DNA of 64,000 bases, taken from contig OY740799.1 of the NCBI GenBank assembly GCA_963514005.1, positions 9,052,001 to 9,116,000 on the forward strand, given 5' to 3'. Source of the DNA: Raja brachyura (taxonomy: Eukaryota). Below, piece after piece: positions 11,462 through 22,977 of this stretch. Numbering within the stretch: position 1 is the first letter of the stretch; each line of letters begins with the position of its first letter. Under the pieces are notes generated by a model that was given only the letters and a program-made list of their open reading frames with translations, was not told the DNA's origin and made no database searches. The position numbers and the translations under genes are program-made.

Positions 11462-12671
11462 ATGGAGGTAAGGGGGTCTGGTTCTCTTGGGTGTGCTGCA
11501 TGTATAACCTCACCAATAGAAGGGAGGTTGCGTACATTCTGGGATGCACGGGGTTCTGATTGTCACTATCCTAGGGAACAAAGCAACAGACATAATAGAG
11601 GCATTGCTTGCACTAGGAAACCAACTATTAGACATGCTGCTAAGGTGATTGGGAGGCTTGTAGCTACATTCCAGCTGCACAATTTGGGCCGTTGTCACTA
11701 TCAAAACTTGCAAAGAGCAAAAATTTCAGCATTAAAAGTAAATGCTGGACATTTTGACAGGCCTATGCAGCTGCCAAACAAGGCAGAAATTGAGCTACAA
11801 TGGTGGATTAGCAATGTTTGTGATTGTTTTAATCCCATCATTATATCAAACCCATCAGTCGTGTTGCAAACCAACGCAAGCGTCCAGGGCTGGGGAGCTA
11901 CCGACACCACTTCCAGTTGTGGCGGCAGATGGGATTTGCACGAGTCTACTCTTCTTCAATCACAAGGTATAAACTATTTGGAAATGCTGGGTGCATGTCA
12001 CGGGCTGCGGGCATACTGCACTAATCTGCATCATACGCATGTCCGTCTTTAAATAGACAGTTTAAGACGGTCTAAAACTGTGGTGGTGTATTTAAACTAT
12101 ACGGGTGGTATCAAGTCAATATTTTGTGATGCGTTGGCAAATTTAATTTGGCTCTGGTGTATTGAAAGAATTATTTGGATATCAGCTACATACCTTCCGG
12201 GTAAGCTCAATACAGTGGCAGACGCCAAGTCACGAGTATTTAATAACAACATCGAGTGGATGTTGAATCCCCAAATATTTGCTAAAATTATAGCCAAATG
12301 TGGAACACCAGATATCAACCTCTTTGCGTCCCGGTTGAACCATCAGATACCAACATATGCCTCTTGGGAACCAGATCCTAGGGCAGTGGCAATGGACGCG
12401 TTCTCGTTACATTGGGGGTAAATGGTTTTTCTATGCTTTTCCCCCATTATGCCTCATCAGTCGGGTATTACAGAAAGTTCAACTAGATTCTGCATCAGGT
12501 TTACTGATAATACCCGACTGGCCCACACAACCATGGTACCTGGTGGTCCTCAACATGATAAAAGAACCAGAGGCACAAGTTACCAAATGCCCGAATTTGG
12601 TGACCAATCCCATTACAGGGGAAAATCATCCGTGCCGTGGTCATCTGAACCTGTTGGCTTGCAGGTACTGA
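11462..12671 (+). pseudogene. DIRS pol remnant: RT N-terminal stub, RT C-terminal region, RNase H, adenine-methyltransferase-like domain
   Basis: GRLRTFW (pre-RT motif), then directly VIGRLVA..ELQWW. RNase H motifs LQTNASVQGWGA, INYLEMLG, VVYLNYTGG, YLPGKLNTVADAKSR. MT-like motifs DINLFASRLN, DAFSLHW, YAFPP, IIPDWPTQPWY. Stops and frameshifts are present. Confidence 0.88.
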
Positions 12672-13590
12672 AGAGGCCACCACTGGAATTCGGGCTGTCA
12701 TCAAGAACCATGGACATCATAACAGCATCGTGCAGAGAGTCCACAAGAAAACATTACCTCACCCACATAAGGAATTGGGAGGCTTTCTGTAATGGACCAA
12801 GACCACCTACAACTCTGCTACGATCTCCAATGTGCTGGAATTCCTCGCGGACCTTCATTATGATGAGGCCCTCAGTTACAGTGCCATAAACAGTGCCAGG
12901 AATGCACTGTCATCCTATCTCAACATTGGAGTGGGATCTCACCAGCTGGTATCCAAACTCATGAGGGGTATATTCAATTCCAACCCTCCCCGACCACGAT
13001 ATAATATTACCTGGGATATAGGGGTGGTGTTGACCCTACTCAGGAGCTGGTCGCCGATGATGGATTTACCACTGGACAAACTCACCTTCAAAGTGGTGAT
13101 GTTAATTGCACTGACCACGCACAACGGGTCCAGACACTACAGAAGCTAAAACTGGATAGAATGGTCTCGACCTCCAATAAAGTGACTTTTTTATAGATGA
13201 GTTACTTAAACAACACAGACCTAAAACTACAGGACTGAAATCCTAGCATACCCCGTTGATGTAAGACTCTGTATAGCCACTTATCTCCGACATTATATCA
13301 ATGTCACACACACCATCAGCCATAAAAACCCACATCACAGGGTGACGGTGCAGACTATCTCTAGGTGGCTCAGGAAGGTATTCGGTGCAGCAGGTATGGA
13401 CATTAACATTATTAAATCTCATTCTACCAGGGCTGCATCCACATCAGCGGCGAGGACCATGGAGGTACCCATGGATCATGTCCTCACAACAGCGGGCTGG
13501 GCCAGTGAAACTACATTTCAGTGTTTTTATAACAAACCTGTGGCCGCTCCCGCAACGTTTGCGGAGTCAGTTTTAAGTGCTGTTCCCTAA
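12670..13590 (+). pseudogene. DIRS tyrosine recombinase (phage-integrase family), frameshifted
   Basis: N-terminal domain LEFLADL..SYSAINSARNALSS..KLMRGIFNSNPPRPRY..WD. Catalytic C-terminus KSHSTRAASTS..AGWASETTFQCFYNKP (HxxR, W, Y). Confidence 0.9.
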
Positions 13591-13756
13591 ACGTTTGTTC
13601 CCGAGTTCAGGGGTTTATTGTTTGTATTAACAAATACGTTATTATTTTTCAGCTTGTTCAAGTCTGAAATACGTTAACATACTTCCTCCATCAGTAATTG
13701 TGGCAGTGTGTGAGCATGGACGTGGTCCAGGGCATGGAATCACAGAGCTTTGAAAT

Positions 13757-13866
13757 CTTCACAAAGTCACTCACGTGACCGAAGTAAAATAGTAAGATTA
13801 AACGAGAACTTACCAGTTTGAAGTTTGATCCTTATTTTATGAGGAGTTACGATGAGGGATTTCGTG
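13757..13866 (+). repeat. DIRS internal complementary region (ICR)
   Basis: 13757-13792 is the near reverse complement of the left end 9085-9122. 13790-13866 is the near reverse complement of the right extension 14009-14085. Confidence 0.93.
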
Positions 13867-15439
13867 CCCTCCGCTCCCAACCCTCTATCATAATGTCAAC
13901 TGGTATATTAGAGTGTCTTAAAATCTTACTATCTTCAGTCATTGTTGTTATCTGTGATTCCACACCGCTGCTTTGAAGAACGTCGCGCATATGTGCTGGC
14001 GGGGTCTTCACGAAATCCCTCATCGTAACTCCTCATAAAATAAGGATCAAACTTCAAACTGGTAAGTTCTCATTTAATCTTACTATTCTTTATCATTGAG
14101 CACTGACAGAAGAAGAAAGCAGGGGGAAACATAGCATGTCCTCTTTAAACACTAGTATCTCGCAACTAAAGATTACAATATATTCAATCACACCATAAGA
14201 AAAGGTCACAAACCTGTTGGGGGGATTTTAATGTTCATTGCCAACTGACGACCAACTGATCTAACATAAGGTGCAAGGCCCGAGGTTTACAATGAGAATC
14301 AGACTTGGGTTTACTTCACACCTGAAAGCTTACCAATGCTTAAGCGGCATACTCCTAGCAGATGAGCGATCGGGTGAAATATTGAGAAGTACTAGCACCT
14401 TTATATCTGGACAAAATAGAGTACCATGAGAGAAATAGTACCATAGAGTACCGTGAGAGAAAAATGTGTAAAACCACGTCTTTCTAAACAGCAGGGTTAC
14501 TTTCAGCTTACCGTCTTTACTGCAAGAATTGAACTGGTTCAATTTGTATTTTTGACTGAAACTTTGCATGAAGATATAAATCCCATGAAATTCGCCAGGT
14601 TTTTGTAAAGCAACAATGTTGTTGAGTGTGATTATGCATACAATGTGCATAATGTTACGATCGGTATTCTGCATCCTGAATCCGATGTGATTTTCACGTG
14701 CAAATATATACAGTGCGGCAATATAAATGTCGTTTCTGATGCACCTCAAAGGTGTTCAAAGAAACAAATGCCATTTGGCAGCATCTGCAGTGCCAAAATG
14801 AAAAACCCTCAGGAAACAAAAATGACAGGACCTTGGTCCACTGAAATATAATGTCTTTCCACACAAGTAGCATCTGTGAAGGGAATGATCGTCTGTCCGT
14901 TTGTTTCCTCCACAGATGCTGCGTGACCTGCTGAATTTTTCCAGCAATGTATTTCAGTTCAAGATTCCAGCATTTGCAGTTATTTGTGTCTCTATTCTAC
15001 GCAAGTAATTGGAGAGGACAAAATACTTTTCGTAAGGCAAGAGTGGGAGATTGGTGTAGGTCAGCCCCCACAAGGACCTACGTTAGATAAAGCAAATAGG
15101 TCAGATAATTTGCCTTCCTGCTCTCAATATATTTTTTATGGACACAGACAAGTCAAGTCAAGTTTATTGTTACGGAGACAAGTACGGAGAGGCACAGGTG
15201 GAGTGAAGTACCGTGCCTGTGGCAGCATCACTGGTATGTTGTCTCAAACAGACAAAAACATTTTTTCGTAAATTATACATAAAATTCTAAAAGGTAGACT
15301 GCAAAAAAAAAGAAATGAATACAAAAACTTTATTTGATAAAACATGAATCTGCAGTAGTGCAAGAGGTGGTCCATGGTGTTCCGTTGTCCAGTAAGGATT
15401 AAGTTGTGCAGGTTGGTCCAAGTATACTTTTGTGCGAGT

Positions 15440-15700
15440 CAAGGACCAGTGGTCATAGCCTCAGAATTAAAGCACGTTCCTTTAGGAAGGAGATGTGTGG
15501 ATGGAAATCTGTGGAATTCATTGGCATATTGGAGGCGGTCAATTGATATGTTCAAGGTAGATTCTTGATTGGTAAGGGTGTCAGGGGTTATGAGGAGAAG
15601 GCAGAAGAATGGGGTTAAGAGGGAAAGATAGATCAACCATGATCGAATGGCCGAGCAGAATTGATTAGCCGAATGGCCTAATTCTGCCCCTATCACTTAT
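15440..15700 (+). mobile_element. CR1 LINE 3' fragment
   Basis: ggtcatagcctcagaatt..ctgtggaattcattg..ggttatgaggagaaggcag..gccgaatggcctaattctgc. Confidence 0.75.
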
Positions 15701-16706
15701 GAAATGAGTACCACTGTCTCAAATACAGTTCTAAACGTCCAATGATTCCAGTGCTCTACTCCCCTTGGTGGCACCACGCAGTGTTCCTGGCCTCAGTTGT
15801 ACTTTGACAGGGATAGGCAGAATGTTGCCTTGTGCTTACCCATTGGAGGTGAGAAGATTAGTGAACAAATAACAGCAATGCTTGAATGAAAAGTACATCA
15901 TTTCCATGGCTCTCACTAACATTTCAAAATTCCTAATGGTAAGCCCATGAAATTATAGGCACCTCAACTCTCAAAGAAGGAAAAGTAAACATTTGTCCTT
16001 GCAAACTACACCAATGACGGCAAAGTACATAACATTTATCTTGTATTTTCGACCGCTTAACTACAACTACAGTTAGCACCGGCATAAGTATTGAGGCTTC
16101 CTGGCTACACACTTGAAATAATTCCTCTGAGGACAATTAGCAGTTCCAGATAAGTTATTTTATTTTATTCCGCATTTCAAATTGGCCTTCACAAAAAGAA
16201 GGTTAAAGATTAAAGACTTCCTAGCAACTTTCAAAACATATTTATGGAGAGGAAGCCTTTCAATCAGAGCCAAGTATATTCTCAAAAGAAGGGTATTGCT
16301 GATATACATTGCTATAATGAATTGCGATCATCTAATAATCATTTCTGTTTGCTTTGTTAGTATCGCTCAATAAACAATCTCACCACTTTCTAAATAAAGA
16401 ATGACTTGGGCCTCTTCAGCTGCGTTAGGAAACTCACACATATAAGTTAAGTTGTTAACCACCAACACGTGTGCTCCCACCTCTAATCCTGCAGTGTGCT
16501 TTGTGACTTTGTGACTTCCATGGCAAAACAGTTGAAACAGTAAACTCTCTTGTGCAGTGCCCCCACAATAAACGGACCTTGGCCTTGACATTGACTACAC
16601 TACATGTGACTCAACACTTTGCAGTTTATACCATGATTACATTATGTCATAACCAAATTCCAGTTTTGCTCAAATTCAATAAAAAAAATGCATTCAGTTT
16701 GATGTT

Positions 16707-17437
16707 AGACAAAAATGCTGGAGAAACTCAGCGGCTGAGGCAGCATCTATGAGGTGAAGGAATAGGTGACGTTTCTGGTCGAGACCCTTCTTAACTGTGA
16801 GGTGAGGGGGCGGAAAGAAGAAAGGAAGAGGACACAGTAGGCTGTGGGAGAGCTGGGAAGGAGGGACTACCTGATATTGGAGAAGTAAATGTAAATGTTG
16901 AAATATGAGGTGATGCTCCTCCAATTTGCGGTGGGACTCACTCTGGCCATGGAAGAGGCCCAGGACAGAAAGGTCGGATTCGGAATGGGAGGGGGAGTTT
17001 AAGTGCTGGGCCACCGGGAGATCAGGTTGGTTAGTGCGAACCGAGCGGAGGTATTGGGCGAAGCGATCGCCAAGCCTCCGACATTTTCACCACCTCCAAC
17101 GGGATCCACATCTGGCCACATCTTCCCATCTTCTCCTATTTCCGCTTTCCGCAGAGACCGCTCCCTCCATAACTCCCTGGTCAATTTGTGAACATTGACT
17201 TCTCCAATTCCAGGTAGTCCTTGCTTTCTCCCTCCTTCCCTGCTCTCCCACAGCCTACTGTCTCCGCTTCTTCCTTTCTTCTTCCCCCCGGCCCCCATCT
17301 CCACATCAGTCTTAAGAAGGGTCTCGACCCGAAACGTCACCTATTCCTTTGCTCCATAGATGCTGCCTCACCCACTGAGTTTCTCCAGCATTTTTGTCTA
17401 CCTTCGATTTTTCCAGCATCTGCAGTTCTTTCTTAAA
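16707..17437 (+). mobile_element. Penelope-like element fragment with inverted 5' pLTR and 16-bp TSD
   Basis: Flanked by CATTCAGTTTGATGTT at 16691-16706 and 17438-17453. The inverted segment encodes a GIY-YIG C-terminus (AQHLNSPSHSESDLSVLGL..RKLEEHHLIF). pLTR is present at both ends in opposite orientation. Confidence 0.88.
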
Positions 17438-17773
17438 CATTCAGTTTGATGTTGAATAGTTAGTCTTTATTTCTGGAATGCTGATTCTTAACTTACGTAG
17501 CATAGTACACTTTATTATAGAATTTTAGTAATGAAAAATGTTATGGTCTATCCATTTCACTGAGTTTACTGATTGATTATCCTTCAAGTTTGCTATTTTG
17601 GATGGTGTCCAAACTTAAATTTGAAGAATACTACTTCAAACTCTCATGCTAACTCAATGTTATTCACATTATTCCCCTTATCATGTGGATGGCTCGATTG
17701 TAATCATTTATTGTCTTTCTGCTGACTGGTTAGCACGCAACAAAGGTTTTCACTGTACCTTGGTACACGTGGT

Positions 17774-18266
17774 ACACTGCCCTCTCCCCTCTCTGATGGA
17801 CATTTACATCTCCCGCTGCCTCAGCAGGGCGAAGAACATTATCAAGGACAGCTCCCATCCTGCATTTGGCCTGTTCAACCTGCTACCCTCAGGGAGGCGC
17901 TATAGGTACATCAGCACAAGGACAAATAGACTCAAGAACAGTTTTTTTCCAAAATCCATTATCTCCCTGAACTCACACATGCACTGACTTCACAGCCTAA
18001 CCCCCGGACTTTCATCTATCCACCTACTGTAATTTGTACTGTAACTGTAATTTCCAATATGTGCAATAACCCATACTGGATATAGAAATCCTATTTATAC
18101 ATTCAATTTATCCATTGTCTTTTTATAGATATGTATATATCGCTGCAGAAACTGTGCACCTTATCCCCCCCCTTTTTTTTGTTTTGTTTTGCACTGAGTA
18201 GGAGCAGCTTTTAATCTCATTGTACATGTGTATAGTGACAATAAAAGGCATTCTGATTCTGATTCT
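17774..18266 (+). mobile_element. Rex1/Babar LINE 3' end, nested in an older repeat
   Basis: LPSLMDIYISRCLSRAKNIIKDSSHPAFGLFNLLPSGRRYR..TNRLKNSFFP; AATAAA plus (TTCTGA)n tail; apparent TSD ACGTGGTA. Confidence 0.82.
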
Positions 18267-20140
18267 GACGTGGTAATAAACTAAAGTCAACTCAATGGTG
18301 ACCAACATTTTAAATCAGCAGTGCTTTTAATGGCTTGTTCCTCATAACTCATAAATCCATGTAAGTTAAAAACATATTAACATTCAGTATATTCACCAAA
18401 ACATGAAGACATTTGTAAATGAACAATTTTATGGTCGGCATGTTCTATGGAAAACTGCTGAGATTAGTTTGCACATTGAAGTGGTTTCACTTCCTATAAA
18501 TAATTCCCCTTAAACAAAAGCAAAAACTTCATGATGCTACAAATCAGTCTGTTACCTCTGAGAAAACATTGCCGGCACTGCCTCTCCACAAATCAATCTG
18601 TGTTATCCTTTCATTGTTAAATTCCACCTTTATGGTTTTCTTATTACAATTTGTGAGCCAAATTATGTAATTTATTCAAAAGCCACATACTTTGATTCCA
18701 AGAGGTTTGAAATCCGATCTCAATTACAGCAAGTGTTTGGTGTTGCAAATGCATGATATTGTGCATTACTGATTCCTATACAGTATGGTGTTGTAACCAT
18801 TATATGCTTTTTGAACATGTTCACTGTGACAAATTTATAACATCATTACTTATTGCATAAATAGAAATTACCTCAATGTTTCTCCAGTGCACAACTGGTG
18901 GCTTATGGGGAAGACTTACAGAAGATGAGCTGTTTAACCTTAAAGGGATTGTAATACACCTCCACAATGATTTCCCCATACTATGCACAACATTCAATAA
19001 ACACATTTATTTATCTCATTATCCAGAAGCAGGATTGCACCATTAAGTTATAATATTACTGACAGGAATTGCTTTTGAGCCAGATTGTGCGTGGAAACCG
19101 GTTGAAGTTCCTGTCCCTGGGAAACGTTCAGGCATTGGCTCAGGTGAGTTCAACTTCAAATAGGTTCAACATCCTGAACTTTCAATGAAATAATATCTCA
19201 AGAGTGACTGAGGTAACGCAGTTGACCTATGGTCTACTTACCTGCAACAAATCTTTATTCGGGAAGAAGAGCAAAGCAAAAATTTGTGAAAAGTTAATGT
19301 ATAGATTCACATTTCAATTTGTGATTGTGATCTGTGGCATTGAATTTCCCAGCTAGAATCTTTGCTGAGCCCTCTGTCATAAATTGAAGTATTTTTGCCA
19401 TCTCAACAGTAGCCAGCTCCCCATGACCAACCTTTAAAAAGGTTATTATGCAGAGCAAAGATAAATTATTCATGAAGAATTATTTAATGGACTTTAAAAG
19501 GCCTCCCTGTTTAAAGAGTAGTTGGCTCTTCAGAAACCACATTTGTATTGGAATTTTATTTTCAATGGCTCTTTTTTTCTACTTCTAGTACTACCAAACT
19601 TCAGGATTTGTTTAATACCCACAAGCAGCATTCCCATAAATCATTTAAAAACATATTTTTTGAAATGCTTAGTTTGGGAAACTTGGAGGAAACTACAACA
19701 AAATAATAAATTCAGACAAAATCTTTAATGCAGCAAAATTCTTAAGGTGATTGATGGTGATGTTACCACGCATAATTCTATCCCAAGTTACTCAAGGAAA
19801 TATTAGGAGGAGGAAAGCAGATTAAATAAATGGGGTTGTGGGGAAGATGGCACAGAATTTAGACTTTTGATAGCTGTAAGAAAAATTGCTATCCATAGAG
19901 CAAGTAAGTTCAGGAATGGCCAGAAAACCAGAACAGCGAACACCAGTAGCCGTGAGGGTTATGGCAGGTGGTGGGGTGGGGGGGGGGGGATGCAAGTGAT
20001 GGGAGAAGATGAGCACGTAATTAATTAGATTGGAAACAAGGATAAAAATTTGATAGTGCAGCAGAGCCATTGCAGATCATTAGGAGGGAAGACTGAATAG
20101 GACTGGACGTGAGTTAATGCAAAGACCACAGAGTGTCTGA

Positions 20141-21658
20141 CAGGCACGCGCCGTCAGGGTAGGCAAGGTAGGCACTGCCTACCCTGACTAAAATTATGAA
20201 ATGGCAATTATTAAATATAAATAGTAAAGGCATGGGAGAATTATCGATCTCTTAGGTAGGCATAAGTCTCCGTGCCTTTCATCCGCAGCGCTTGTGACAC
20301 AGGAAGCTCTGTGCAGCCCACGTGCCGTCAGCGCTGCCTGAAGCCGTCAGTTTCAAGGGGAGCTGAAGGCAGCAGAAATTCTGCCTTTGCAGCACTGCGC
20401 ATGCGCATCATCCTTCTGCGCATGCGCAGCGCGAATTTCTTGGTGGCATTTTCAAATATGGATTGCCATTATTTTAATAGTATCTTAGCAAACAAAGAGT
20501 GAAGAATGGACTTAATGTACCAATAATGTGGTAAGTTCATTTCTTTGTACTTTATGTTTTTAAATACTGTAGTTCCCGGGGTGGGGGGAGAGCTCCGTTC
20601 ACAGTGTTTGGGGAGTCTGGCATTGTGAAGGAGGGGATGGGGGTCAGTTAACCACTTGCCACTCTCCGGTCTGAGTGCTGGTAGATGGGACTAGGTGAGA
20701 TTAAGTGTTCGGCACGGACTAAAAGGGCCGAGATGGCCTGTTTCCGTGCTGTAATTGCTATATGGTTTTATTGTGGCCGGGGAGTGAATTAGCTCAGCTG
20801 GCTGCCACAGCACTCCGGGCATGGACAGCAGAACTGGCCGCCACTTCCGAGGAAGGAAGCAGCTCGGGTGACTGCGAGTGGCTGCCGGGACCCAGCCACT
20901 TCAGCCCCTTCTGCTGGTCCCCACTCACCTCTGGCAGTGCTCTCCGTCTGAACATCTCTCACCTGCCGCTCGCCAGCCGGCTTCCCGCAAATCTTTAAAT
21001 TCCGACAGCGCGTTCACGGGTCCAGTTGAGGTTACTTGGCTGTGGGAATTTAAGGATTTGCGGGACGCGGTTGACATGAGCGAAGCCGGCGAGCGGCAGG
21101 TGAGAGATGTTCAGACGAAGACCACTGCCAGAGTTGATCAGAAGGCGCTGAAGAGCAGCCGGTTCTGGTGTTGGGTCCCGGCGGCCGTTCGCACCCGAGC
21201 TGCTTCTATCCCCGGAAGTGGCGGCCAGTTCTGCTGTCCGTGCCCGGAGCGCTGCGGCAGCGGTGAGTGAGTCTGATATGATCTCTGACCCCCTCCTTCT
21301 CAAAACGTCTGCCTTCTCGCATATTTAAACCCTGCCGCAGGCTCCCCACACGCTGTGAAAGGAACTCCCCCTCCAATTGGACCCTTGAATTAGTATTGTC
21401 ATTCAATAAGATGACAACTGATTCAACGTCCCAGTGGGCTCCCGTTTTTCCCACCATCTCTCCACCTGCCTTCATCCTCCGTCCCCCACCCATTCAGTAA
21501 TTAAAAAATGAAGGAGATTTAGAACCCTTGGGAAAATTGAATTGTTACTTATTTTTTATTTTTTACGAAGAGAACAATCTGCGCATGCGCGGTTTTAAGA
21601 TTTTTTTTCAAAGCCGGCTGACTGCCTACCCTGAGTAATTACTCACGGCATGTGCCTG
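20141..21658. mobile_element. Non-autonomous hAT-superfamily DNA transposon
   Basis: 14-bp imperfect TIRs CAGGCACGCGCCGT / ACGGCATGTGCCTG. Perfect 8-bp TSD GTGTCTGA (20133-20140, 21659-21666). Subterminal ACTGCCTACCCTGA at both ends. No transposase. Confidence 0.9.
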
Positions 21659-22696
21659 GTGTCTGACTACAATTTTTTTAAAGATAGAAAGAGGGGAGAC
21701 AGCCAGGGGTGTACTTGAAGAGTGCGCCTTCAACATCTTAAATGCCAGAACTTTCCAAAGACCCATCTTCATGGAGGAAATTCCTAATCATTTAAATCAT
21801 CAGTACTTGATCTCTGCATTGCAAATGTAGACAGCCTATAAATTGATGTAACCTGATAAAATATATTTGTCCTTCTCCACAGATGCCCCCTGACCTGCTG
21901 AATATTTCCAGCATTTTCTTTTTTATTTCCAGCACCTACAATTTCTAGATTGTCAATTTTCCTGAGTATCTTATAAGTGTTAATAATAAATCAATCTCTC
22001 ATTGTTCTCAACGGCAACAAGCAGAGACCCAGTCTACTTAATTTAAACTCTTAGACAACTACTCCTTATCAGCAATTCAAACGGTGAAGCTTCATGCACT
22101 GTAATTTCACCAAAGCGAATCCTTTCCAAAATAAGGCCACCAAAACTGTACACTCTATGCCAGATGTGCTCTCAAAAGCCTGTACCATTTTTGTAAGATT
22201 TGTTGAAACTTGTATTTAAGGTCAACTTCGATTTGCTTCAATTACATGTTAACCTTTTATTTCTTGGACAAATGCACCCCAATTTCTCTGCACATTAACC
22301 TTTATTAGTTTCATGACACGGAAAGTATACTTTTCTGCACTTTCTATCAAAGTAACTCCATCATAGTGACCTCCATCTTCCATTTTTTTTGCCCGTTTAT
22401 TTAACCTAACCTTTGTGAAATTTACTTTCCCAATTCCCTTTGCTGTTTTAACAAACATGGATACAGAGGATATATCAAGGTCATCCTTATATCAAGGTCA
22501 TTAATACAGATTGCCTGTAGTATTAGCTACTTAGTTCACCTTTTATGTGGCATCTAATTGAATGCCTTTTCAAAATACAAACTAGTATTAAAACAAATCT
22601 GGTAGGCTCAGTATCATATGTTGTTTATTCATCCACACATCTTTAGGGGAAGATGAATATTTAACAGAACAAAATAAACCATTTTCACAACTTAAA

Positions 22697-22845
22697 TGAA
22701 ACATAGAAACATAGAAATAAAGTGCAGGAGTGGGCCATTCGGCCCTTTGAGCCTGCACCGCCATTCAATATGATCATGGTTGATCATCCAACTCAGTATC
22801 CCGTACCTGCCTTCTCTCCATACCCTCCTATCCCCTTAGCCACAA
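22697..22845 (-). mobile_element. CR1/HER1 3' end
   Basis: (gaaacata)n tail followed by gtgcaggagtgggccattcggccc. Confidence 0.85.
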
Positions 22846-22977
22846 GCTTCAGGGAAATGAAGCTATGTGGACAGCCACAAAGTGAGAATTATTTGCATCT
22901 CAACAAATTTGGCTAGAGCCACTAAAAACTAAAACACACAAAATTTCAGTTAGAATGTAAAACAGTGCCACACAGGG

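Larger units (their letters stand above)
9085..14087 (+). mobile_element. DIRS-type tyrosine-recombinase retrotransposon, complete termini, internally deleted and decayed
   Basis: Inverted terminal repeats 9114-9146 / 13982-14014. Internal complementary region 13757-13866 is complementary to both termini. CTATT occurs at both junctions. Domain order is gag-like, RT remnant/RNase H, methyltransferase-like, tyrosine recombinase. Confidence 0.95.

Noticed and set aside
19066-19143. Plus-strand 78-nt segment with AG/GTGAGT boundaries and two open frames
   Set aside because: No recognisable protein similarity, no partner exons, weak polypyrimidine tract, and antisense to the host gene.
20762-21303. 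Two similar ORFs on opposite strands (AATALRAWTAELAATS / AAAALRARTAELAATS)
   Set aside because: A consequence of the GC-rich inverted repeat inside the hAT element; no transposase motifs.
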